Of a DNA stretch of 64,000 bases, positions 28,901-40,900 are shown piece by piece. This DNA is from Mobula birostris. Taxonomy: Eukaryota. Every line of letters starts with the position of its first letter. Within the stretch, counting starts at the first letter, position 1. The position numbers and the translations under genes are program-made. Under the pieces are notes generated by a model that was not told the DNA's origin, did not search any database, and worked only from the letters and a program-made list of their open reading frames with translations. Location of the stretch: the NCBI RefSeq assembly GCF_030028105.1, contig NC_092377.1, positions 134,449,356-134,513,355 on the forward strand, written 5' to 3'.

Positions 28901-31900
28901 GAAGGTAAACCTTGTTGAGCGTCTCTGTTCTTCCACCTGGCCGCAGTGGCCATTGGATGGGTTTCAGTTGGCCAAAACCAGCAGCAATTAGGCAGGAGGT
29001 TCCATACCACCAGGTTCAGGAACAGTTAATACTGTCACAGTGATCAGGTTCCTGAACCAGCACTGTTCACTCATCTCAACACTGAACTGATTCCACAACT
29101 TCATTCACTTTCACAGACTCTTCATCTCATTTTTTCTCGATTTATTGCTTATTTATTATTTTTTTTTCTATTTTGTATTTGCATAGTTTGATATATTTTG
29201 CACATGGGTTGTCCACCTTGTTGGGTGCAGTCTATCACTGATTCTATTGTGTTTACTGTGAATGCTCACAAGACATTAAATCTCTGGGCTATACATATAT
29301 GGTGACAAACAGGTACTTTATTAAATTTGCTTTGAACCCCCACAAGTCCCAGGATTCACTCTTACCTCCAGTCAGACAAACACTCACATGGTGCAGGTTT
29401 CTTTCGGAACCCACCCCTGGGAGATGTGTAACATTGGGCTACGTGGTCTCTGAGCACTTGGAGCCGTGGTGAATGGAGGGTGCCATGGCTCAAGGACAAC
29501 GGGAGACTTTGGCCCTGTCCATCCTCGTGAGCCTTCTGTGCTCCACACCAGAGTCTTACTTAAGTTCAGTGTTAAAGATCGTGGGGCAGCAGGGTTGGTG
29601 TAGCACTTAGCATAACGCTTTACAGTAACGGTCCCCAACCACCGGGCCGCGGACCGGTACTGGGCCGCAGAGCATGCGCTACCGGGCCGCGAGGAGGCGA
29701 TATGATTTGGTCAGCTGCACCTTTCCTCATTCCCTGTCACGGCCACTGATCAGCCATTACGCATGCGAGGTCATGACCGGCGCGTCATCCGTGTCAGGGC
29801 GGCAAGGCGATCAACTCTTCGAGCTTGCAGATGACGACGGGCTAAAAAGTATGTTTGACATAACATCTCTGTCGGCATTTTGGATCAAAGTCAAGGCTAA
29901 GTATCCTGAGATAGCCACGAAAGCACTGAAAACGTTGCTTCCATTTCCAACATTTTTCTGTGAGGCGGAGTTTTCTGCATTGAATGCAACAAAAACTAAA
30001 CTGTGGAATAGACTGGACATCAGGAACCCCCTTCAAGTATCGATGTCTCCCATCACCCCTCGATAGGACGGTGTTGTTGCAGGGAAACAAGCCCAGGGCT
30101 CCCACTGAGTCAGCGATATTGGTGTGTTGCAATGATTTTATATGTTCATATGGGGAAAATATGTGCTGTGCGTTTAATATCCAAATATTACTTAAAATGT
30201 TATGATGCTATTGACTTATAAGTGACCTATATAACCATATAACAATTACAGCACGGAAACAGGCCATCTCGGCCCTTCTAGTCCGTGCCGAACGCTACTC
30301 TCACCTAGTCCCACCGACCTGCACTCAGCCCATAACCCTCCGTTCCTTTCCTGTCCAGATACCTATCCAATTTTTCTTTAAATGATCATATCGAACCTGC
30401 TTCTGCCACTTCTACTGGAAGTTCGTTCAACACTTCAAGCTCCCCTGATAATTGACTTATCATTATATCCATGCGAGGAAAATATGCGCTGTGTGTTTAA
30501 TATTAAATTCGTTAGATAAACCCTTTTAGAAACAAAATTGAGTGTATTACCCACTTATCACCTATATTCCAGTAGTGATTAGCACCCCCCCCCATGAACA
30601 GAATCGCCAAAAAGGATTTGCTGGGGGGTGGGGGAATCGGCAGGTCACGACGCACATGCGCATTGGTGCCCGCACAAGGCTTCATGGTTATTGTAGTCTT
30701 TGGGTAAACAACGCATTTGACTGCTACTCTTGTTCGTTGGCAACCCTACCCCCCCCCCCCCCCCCCCCCCCCGGTTGGCCGGTCTGCAAGAATATTGTCA
30801 ATATTAAACGGGTCCGCAGTGCAAAAAAGGTTGGGGACCCCTGCTTTACAGCACCAGTAACTGGGGTTCAATTTCTACCACCGTCTCCCTCTGAGTTTTC
30901 TCTGTGTTTGTTCCGGTTTCCTCCCACATTTCAAAGAGGTGCACATTAGGGTTAGTGCGTTTTGAGCATGCTATGTTGATGCTGGAAACATGGCAGCTGC
31001 CCCCAGCACACCCCCGGGACTTTGTTGATCGTTGACGCAAACACCGCCTTTTGCTGTATTCTTTGATGTACATGCAACAAACCTAACCTCTCTCTTTACT
31101 TTTAATCTCTTGTGAGCCTTCTGCGCTTCAGTCCAGGGTCTTCTGGACATTCAGTGATAAAGATCAGAAGTTGGGTTTATTCACAGCTCCATTAGTGTTG
31201 AAGTGTGGGACTCCTGGAGTGAAAGTGCTGGGGGATTAAACCCTCCAGGACATCCTTTGTTCTGGAGGGACAGTGAACTGGGGCATGGGAGCCCACGGGG
31301 ATTCCCACCACTGCCTATAAAGAGTTTGTATGCTCTTCGTCTGGGTGTTGCAGTTTCCTCCCACAGTCCAAAGACGTACTAGTTGGTAAGTTAATTGGCC
31401 ATTGTAAATTGGTCTATGATTAGGTTAGAGTTAAATAACTGGGCTGCTGGGCAATGTGGCTCGAAGGGACGACTCCTTGCTGTATTCAATTAAAAAATGT
31501 TAAAAGACAATGCTGATGGTACAGGGTACAGAGGAGGCTGTGAGTTGGTTGGGTGACTGGTGTCAGTGGATTTCTGTGTGATGTGTCTCTGCCTCTGATT
31601 CAACCCCAATGTTGTCCACAGGCCCAAACCACGAAGAGCGCGAGCTCTGCTCTGGGAGCTGTCACCACCACAAACCCCATTGTCCGCACGGTCAGTGCCT
31701 CAACGGCTTCGGGGACCCTGAGTGGCAAACCTACCTCCATCCAACACCTGCTGAGCAACGGCGGACTGGCCAAACTGACCGGCAGCTCGGCCGGCCTGAC
31801 AGGTAACCCCTGAACACCCTCGATGGGTGTCACTCGGGCATGGGAGTGTGATTGTTCACAGTCCAGCACTGTGACGTTGTCTCAGTGCATCTGGCTGATA

Positions 31901-34900
31901 ATGTGGCAGGGATTTGGGGCACAGCATGAAATCAGAATGGGATTGTAAAGCCCAAAAACAGCAGCTGGAAGTTCCGTGCTCTGTAACCAATGCCTGGGGA
32001 GATTTAACTCCACCTGGGAGAATTGCTGTGGCCTCAGTTGACTCTCATCCGAGGGGGACTGCACTCATTCTGACAGTGTGACCCTCCGTCAGTACTGTCC
32101 CTTTTTGCAAACGTACAAAACTTCACTCAAATAGAAATGGCATACAAAGTACAGTTTAGTTACTGAATTCAAATTAAAATACAGTAATTAAGGTCCAAAA
32201 TGTACTCAGTTCCCTGGGGGAGGGTCTCTGTTCCTGGAAATTGCCCACTGAACCCATAATGATGGCACGCTCCCTCTCTGAGGGCACTCTGGCACGACTG
32301 TAGCCCTGGAAGAGGGGTGGGCAGTCAGCTCAGGCAGAGCCCTCAGCAGCCCACTGCCTGGACCCGCGAGTGCCCATCTTGCCAGCCATCCTCTAAGCGA
32401 CCCGCCCCCTTGCTAGGTGCCCGTAAACCAGGAGTGTGGGCTGAAGGGCAGCCTGAACTCGAGGAGCGGCCCCTTCAGGTATTCCAGCAAGCGCTCCACG
32501 TGGGCATGGATCGACTCCTCCCACCCACAGAAAGGACGGGTATCTGAACCTGCTCAGAAAACTATAACATGGTGCTGCACTATGCAACACCCTCTACCCC
32601 AGGTCCTCAATGTACAGGGGAAAGGCCCCTGCATAGAGAGACTTACCCTGGGGGCCTCCCGCACTGCCTGATGGTAAGGCAGACCGCCATGGTGTGCCCA
32701 CAGGGCCGACGAGGGCAATGAAGTGAAAAGTGCAAGAGCATCCCGTAATAACAGTCTTGGAGCATCGTGCATTGGCACAGTGGGCAGCTCTGCGAGGCAG
32801 CTCTTGCTGTGTGGGACTGCACTGCCTTACGAAGGAGATCTCGGGGCCTGGGTCTCATGAGCACCTCTAGCGGAGCAGGGTTTGGTGTGGCCGGAGCCAC
32901 TCCACACCCCTGAGCCACCCCCTCCCTGCACCCCTGAGCCATTCCCCCCGCCCCTCCAAGCTGCTCCCCTCGCGCCCACCGTGGTGGGATGGGAAACGAC
33001 CTTCCTTGCGGCAAGATCAGAGGGGACCTTACACGAGACGTGCAGTAGCTCCCGGTAAAACCCTGATGGCCCCCGCATAGCAGCACGGCTAATGCTCAGT
33101 GCTGGGAGCTGCTTACCCTCGTGAAGGCAGAGTCTCTGGCAAAGGAAGTGTGTCGCCAGTGCGTGCCACCTCAGAGGGTGCTCAGTGCAGGGTCCTGAGG
33201 AGGAAGCTGCTAGCTAGGTATATACTCACACCAGTGACTGACCCCACTCTGCAATCAGAAAACTCAGGACTGCAGCAGAGACCCAGTGCCTCCTGTTGCC
33301 CAGAAGAAGCCCACCAACTTCCTCTGCATCTTGGTGACAAATACAGTGGGTGGGACTGAAGGGACCAACTGGCTAATGACTATTTCCCTGCCCCGGAATG
33401 AGATTGCACTGAGTAGACCCAACCAGAGTCCCAGTCTTTTGTCTCTAAGTCCCACCAGTTCGCTGGCGAATTCTCCACAGCGGAGGTTGGGTAGAGCCCT
33501 AGGTACAGGTGGTGTGTGATGCTCCATGCAAATGGTCTTGGCTCCTCTGGCAGTGAGTCCCTCTCCCACTGACCCACGAAAAGTCCAGAGCACTTTGTCC
33601 AGTGGACCCTGAGAAGGCAGCTGAGAAGACCCACTGGCAGTCTCACATCCATCCTCTGTAGGTCTACAGGGTCGGTGACCATAAGGAGGACACATGGGCA
33701 TAAGCTGAAAACACTGCTCTCATCTCTGGCTTATGCAGAACCAGGCCTGTCGACCGGTTCCGAAGAAGGCACAGGAAAGGCTGAACGTAAACAGTAAAGT
33801 TTCCCTGACATCGGGCAGCCCTGACTTAAAGCAAAAGTGTGCTTTTGAGGAGCCTTTGACCTTTATCAAGCACAGCATAGCAGCGTACAACAGACAAACA
33901 CGGGCAACTAAATGCGGTCCGAGTCCAACGCACGGAGTCCAGAGGAGGTAGTCATGATCCATCTTGTCAAGTACCCTCTCCTGTTAAAGAGAGAGAAAGA
34001 CAACTGACAGGCCAACCTGGACAGATGGATGAGGTTGCAGCCGAGGTAGATATTGTCCTGAGTGGATCGGCCCGGGACGGTATAGGACTGGTTTGGGTGG
34101 TTGGTTTGCGACAGCACAGAACCCAGACAATTGGCCAGTGCCCAGGCAGACATCTTGTATTTGGTGCACAGGACAGACACTGAGCAACAGTTCCTCATGC
34201 GCTGAAGATCCCCCTTTGGCAGCAGGACCACGACTGCCCCACGCCAAGAGAGGGGCATCTCACCTGTGGCCAGGCTTTTGCCCAGGACCCTGGTATAGTC
34301 AGCACCCAGTATGTCCCAGAAGGCCAGGAGGAATTACACAGTCAACCCATCCAGCCTGGTAGCTGCTTAAGGGTGTTGGTCAGTTCCTCCAGTGATGGGG
34401 AGAGTCCAGCCACTGGTCAACCTCAAGTGCAGCGATGGGTTAGTAAATTTTCTGCTGACACAAAGGTTGGGGGTGTTGTGGATAGTGTGGAGGGCTGTCA
34501 GAGGTTACAGCGAGACATTGATAGGATGCAAAACTGGGCTGAGAGGTGACAGATGGAGTTCAACCCACATAATTGGGAAGTGATTCATTTTGGTAGGTCA
34601 AATATGATGGCAGAATATAGTATTAATGGTAAGACTCTTGGCAGTGTGGAGGATCAGAGGGATCTTGGGGTCTGAGTCCATAGGACGCTCAAAGCTGTTG
34701 TGCAGGTTGACTGTGTCGTTAAGAAGGCATATGGTGCATTGGCCTTCATCAGTCGTGGTACTGAGTTTAGGATTTGAGAGGTTCTGTTGCAGTTATATCG
34801 GACCCTGGTCAGACCCCACTTGGAGTACTGTGCTCAGTTCTGGTCGCCTCACTACAGGAAGGAAGTGGAAACCATAGAAAGGGTGCAGAGGAGAATTACA

Positions 34901-37900
34901 AGAATGTTGCCTGGATTGGGAAGCATGCCTTATGAGAATAGCTTGAGTGAACTCGGCCTTTTCTCCTTGGAGCGACGGAGGATGAGAGGTGACTGATAGA
35001 GGTGTATAAGGTGATGAGAGGCATTGATTGTGTGGATAGTCAGAGGCTTTTTCCCAGAGCTGAAATGGCTAACACAAGAGGGCATAGTTTTAAGGTGCTC
35101 TTAGGTACAGAGGAGATGTCAGGGGTAAGTATTTTATGCAGAGATTGGTCAGTGCGTGGAATGGGCTGCTGGCAATGGTGATGGAGGCGGATGTGATAGG
35201 GTCTTTTAAGAGACTCCTGGACAGGTACATGGAGCTTAGAAAAATTGAGGGCTATAGGTAACCCTAGGTAATTTTTAAGGTAGGGACATGTTCAGCATGG
35301 CTTTGTGGGCCAAAGGGCCTGTATTGTGCTGTAGATTATCTATGTTTCTAAATACTCCCACAGCACTCCCCGCACTTCTTCACTTCACGTGTGACAGCGA
35401 CACACAAAATGTGTGAACTTCTTTTTAATGATTCTCACCGGATCTGTGATGGAGAAGCCATTCCCTAACTGCAGCTCCATGAGTTTCCTGTGCACACCCC
35501 TCCATTTCTCCAGAGAGTAAAAGAAGGGTGAGGCACAGTCCAGACCTTCTAACAGCTGGGTCTTTGACCTCGTGAAGGCACCTCAGGACCCCTCAAGCTG
35601 CAGGTCCCTCAGTGCTTCCTCCTTCCCCTGGTACTTTGACAAAGCAGTGGATTCCCTCTGATTGGGGTCAGCTGAGACGTCAGGTCAAGCAGCTCTATCT
35701 CGAGCCGCTTGATCTGGCACACCCACTTCTTGATCTACGCTCTCGTGTTTTCCTTGTGTAACCGGCAGGTTCGGCCAGCATGTGTTTGTCTAGGGTAAGA
35801 CAGCCTCTGGCCCAGCCAGACTGAGAAATCTCGTTTGTGTGGATGCTGCGTGATGTGTTGCCTGCTTACAAATCCAAACTGCAAAATATCAGACAGCACA
35901 CCATATGCAATTAAACAATTGAACTTTATAGATCTTAATCTGACTATAGGGTTAGAAAAGAAAATAAAAAGAAAAAGGGCCCATTTTAATGAAACAGCCT
36001 AATGTGCACGTTGGAGCTCACGGTTCTGTCCATTCGTTCCCCATCGATCTCCTCCGAGCGTCACTGACCGTTGGACCCTCACTCCCAGTCCATTCCGTCC
36101 GCTGGTCTACCAACTCTGTTTGCGTCTTCTCTTTTCACCTCTCGCCGACAAAAGACGGTGAAATCCCTGCTCCTAGTCACACAAAAAAGATCAGGATGCC
36201 TCTCGTTGAATAGCGCATATTCCAAAACCCGCTTTCTCTAGTCATAACCCAAACATTGCTGCTACAGAGAAACCGTTACATTAGCAGTGAAACATTACAG
36301 AGGACATTACATTAGCAGTGAAACATTACAGAGAGGACATTACATTAGCAGTGTAACCTTACAGTGTGTTACACTTGCAAAAGAGTCAGACGTGATGATC
36401 TTTGCCCACGTTCCGCCAAACCCTCAGGGAGGGGAAACCCCTCTGCTCTCTCCTCCTAGAACAGATGGAACAAGACCCGGAACTGGCCATCCTTATTAAA
36501 ATGCTATTATGCTGACCCGCTCACGTAAGCAGAAGGTTTAGTTCTGCCCAAACTAGGCGGTGGTCTGAGAATGGCCACCAGCACATGGGAGACATGTACA
36601 GGCAGTCGAGTCGCAAACCACCACCTCCCATGATCGTGGTGCAAGCAGTACACCATCCAAGCACACGGTGAGATCCAGCAGGCATCCTGATTTGAGCTTG
36701 TTTAGTTTCAATATCTCCGGCTGGAAGTTTGGGGCCAACAATATTGCCACCCCTCTCAAATTGGAGCTGAGATGGCTCATGTAGACAGACACCCATCCAG
36801 GAGCCAGGAGGATTTGTCTCCTAGAACAGTGTGGGTTTCCTGCAGGAAGCTTACTGCATATCACCATTCCCTGAGGACTGAAGGATGGTGGAACCTGTGG
36901 TAAGCCTCCCTGCCACCGTTGATATTGTGGCTTGCTACTGTGACTTACTAAATAGTGCAACACTTTGGTTAGTGGCAGCAGGCCTCCTTACCCTGGCCTG
37001 TGCACACCTAGCAAGACTGTCAGGAGCTCCCTCCCAACCACTTCCAAATCCCTTCCCTTTTTAAGGATGGTGTTGGACTGATCGCATTACCCCAGACAGG
37101 TCCATCCACTAGTCAGCGGCTCGTCGGGCCTTGCCTGCGCTGAGAGTCGGCTAAGAACTCCCGAACTTCCTCCATGGTAGCAGTCTAAGATTCACTGCTG
37201 GGGACGTGCTCCTCCACCATCTTGGCTTCAAAAGACTCCTCGTCCCTGTCACTTCATCCCAGGCCATCCCCATCCTCACTATCCCATTCACACATGCTCC
37301 TCCCATGACCGGAAAGAGCCCCGTTCTCGCTGTCACAAGCCCAGCTCCCCCGTAATCTCAGCAGCCTGTTCTGGTGCAGGGCAGGGCTGGCCCCCTGCTC
37401 GCCGACACTGCTGCCGTGCTTCCTGCTCCAGGTTTGGGAATTCCTTCGCTCTCCTGAAAAGCCCTGGCTCCTCCTAATCCTGTGGAGGAGAGGCCTGGAG
37501 ATTTTCCTTCTTCCTCTTGGCCTTCCTGCCCTTTACCTCGACCCACGCCTCCTTGCCAAGCATGGTGCACTGGTCTCCACTACAGGGTCAGGAAGGACAA
37601 CGAGGCGGAGGCTTGCCCGGGTAGAGATAGCGGCCTGGCATTTCGGGCAATTCTGACAAATATGCCCAAACTCCTTGCGGGCGTGGCATTGTGGCCGGCC
37701 CCTGGCCCAGCAGATTGGGTAGCGCTCCCTCCATGCCACAAATTTAAGTGCCCCTCGGCATCCCCGGCCATTCCAACTTCATGAGCACCTCACGATGGAA
37801 GTGTACACACGTGCCCAAAGTGACCTCCGCTTGGCTTGAGAAACATACGGGTGACAAGGAACCTTTCCTCACGCAAAGAACGCAGGTGAGGGAGGAGGTC

Positions 37901-40900
37901 TATTTCATGGAGATGAAGGTGCATGTTATAGAGAGTCACCCTCTGTACGGGACCTGTCGCCACATTTACCCACCGACTCAGGGCAGGGACATTGCTCTAG
38001 ACTTTGATGCATCTTACTGATCCCAGTTGTACCCTCATCCCCACCTACAGACACAGCCATGAGAGCGAGCACTTAGAGGTGCAGCGATACTGCATTGCAC
38101 CTTTTTGTTTTAGAGAAATCAGTCTGAAAGGTGGTGGCTCCTCAGGAGTTCTATCACCAGAGGCTACGGTTCTGCATAGGAACTAGGTCTCACCATTTTG
38201 GAGCTGCAGCCTGCCATGTTAAAGCCCCACACAGTCTGAATTCAGATGCAGCTGAATTATCTCAGTCACAACCCATCAGTCTTTTGAAGAACAGTTCTGA
38301 GGAGAGTAAAGTCAGTAGTCTCGGCTAGACAGGCAGGGAAGTGTGTGCAATGATACTCCAGCGCTGACTCTCCCTGTGCACACCTGGGCCGCTCCAGTGT
38401 TACTCTATCCGAACAATTTTCCAAGGGTTCGCCACAAAGTTCTTCGCCCGGTCATCCCAGGCCGAGTACTCCAGGTGGAAGGGTTTACCAATCATAACAG
38501 CCGGAGAAATTTGCCCCAGTACCTTCCCAGTGAAAGTGGCAGGCACGGTCACTGCCACGGCCTGAGCACACACTCGGTGAAACAGCCTTCCTCCATGAAG
38601 CAAACTACTGCAGTCCTCTGCCAAGGGTGAAATACTCTCTCCTGCACCTTCCTCCATCCTCGTCAGTGTTTATTCCCAAAATAACTTGACCTTTTTCCAA
38701 GAGCTCAGGCATCACCGTCCATCCCGCAGTGTGGCCCTCCCTCAGTACTGCCTATTGCACAGCATGGCGCTCAGTACTGTCTCCTTTACACAAAGTTTAT
38801 TCAATGGCTACAGTATCACAACAGAAGCCTGCTGAATATCCAGTACTCAAAACTACACAGAGCGCACTCTGTACAGTTTCACATTAAGATACTATTATTA
38901 CTGGCTACAACGCACTCAAGGCACTGAGGGACCCACTGTTCCCCATTGCTCCTTCTCCACGAACACCAGAGCACAGCAGTAGCCCTGGAAAGGGGCAACC
39001 AGTCAGCTCAGACAGACCCTTCAACTGTCCGCTGCCTGGACCCACAAATGGACTACTTGGCTGGGCGCAGAGTGAGCCTCCCTCCTTTGCATCGGGTTCA
39101 GCGTGACGCCGATACCCCCCCCCCGAAAGCCTGTGCATGTCGCCTCCTGCAGACTTTTCTGTGCCCGCCGCTGACTGTGCTCGTCCTTCCCGTTGTGCAG
39201 GGGTGAAGCCTCCGACCACCATCACTGTGACCCTGAGGACCCAGGCAGGCCGAGTGTCCACGCTGGGCCAGCCCTGTACCACAGGCAACCTCAGCCTCGA
39301 GGGGATGGAGCCGGAGATCAGAGGCTCGGAGGCCCAGGCGAGTGACAGGCAGGTGAGTGAACTCGTCTTTTGCAGAGGTGGGTGGGGGCTGTCCGTCGAA
39401 CAGAACAAAGTGGGAGGGTGGAGCGCTGACCCGTACCAGACAGTGACACTGAGTCCGGGCCTCAGAGCAGCAAGGACTAATTGGCAGTTTTATTTGTCAC
39501 TTGTGCATTGAAACACGGTGCAGTGTGTCGTTTGCATCAGCAACCAACGCAGTCCGAGGATGTGCTCGGGGCAGCCCACAAAAGTCGCCGCACTTCCAGC
39601 GCCAACATAGCATGCACACAGCTTGCTAACCCTAACCCACGCGTCTTTGAAACGTGGGAGGAAACCAGAGCACCCGGAGGAAACCCACGCGGTTACGGGA
39701 AGGAAATGCAATCGCCATACAGACAGCAGTGACAGTTGAACTCTGATTATTATTACTAATTTTTTTTGTATTTGCGGTTTGTCTTTTGCACGTGGCTTGT
39801 TTGTCAGTCTCTGTGTGTAGTTTCTCATTGATTCTGTTGTATTTCTTTGCGTCTGCTGTGAATGCCTGCAAGGAAACGACAGGTGACAGGTATGGTACCA
39901 GAGGATTGGAGGATAGCTAATGATCCGCTGCTTAAGAGAGGCCCTAAAAATAAACCAAGAAATTATAGGCTAGTGAGCCTGACATCAGTAGTGGGAAAAT
40001 TAGCGGAAGGTGTTTTAAAGGACCAGATATATGGGTATTTGGATAGACATGGGCTGATTAAGGAAAGCCAGCATGGCTTTGTACATGGTGGGTCATGTCT
40101 AACCAAACTTTTTCGAGGAAGTTACCAGGAAAATTGATGAAGGCGAGGCAGTGGGTGTTGTCTACGTGGACTTTAGCAAGGCATTTAACAAAGTCCCGCA
40201 TGGGTGGTTGACCAGGAGGTTCAGTTGCTTGGCATTCAAGATGAGATCGTAAGTTGGATTAGACATTGGCTTTGCGGGAGAAGCCAGGGAGTGGTAATTG
40301 ATGGTTGCCTGTCTGACTGGAGGCTTGTGACTAGTGAGATGCCACAGGGATCAGTGCTGGGTCCGTTCAATGATCTGGATGATGTGGTTAACTGGATCAG
40401 CAAATCTGCAGATGACACCAAGATTGGGGGTGTAGTGGAGAGCGAGGAAGTCTATCATAGCTTGCAGCGGGATCTGGATCAACTGGAAATGGCAGATGAA
40501 ATTTAATGCCGACAAGTGTGAGGACCAACCAGGGTAGGTCTTACACAGTGAATGGTAGGGCACTGAGGAATGAGCTAGAACAAAGGGATCTAGGAATACA
40601 GATCCATAATTCATTAAAAATGACGTTACAGGTAGATAGACCGGTAAAGAAAGTTTTTGGCACGCTGGCCAAGTATTGAGTACAGGACATAGGATGTTAT
40701 GTTGAAGTTGTATAAGACATTGGTGAGGCCTAATTTGGAGTATTGTGTGTAGTTTTGGTCACTTACCTACAGGAAAGATGTAAACAAGGTTTGAAAAAGT
40801 GCAGAGAAAATTCACAAGGATGTTGCCGGGTCTGGAGGACCCGAGTTATAAAGAAAGATTGTATAGGTTAGGACTGTATTCCTTGGAATGTAGAAGACTG

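Larger units (their letters stand above)
32101..38330 (-). mobile_element. Tx1-clade (L1-group) LINE, near full-length but decayed, interrupted by a CR1 and a solo LTR
   Basis: ORF1 remnants (PPFRLIS; knuckle-like [15 protein letters not shown]), endonuclease (PFSDHRLV), RT ([18 protein letters not shown]...[12 protein letters not shown]) and Tx1 C-terminus ([24 protein letters not shown]). Confidence 0.88.
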
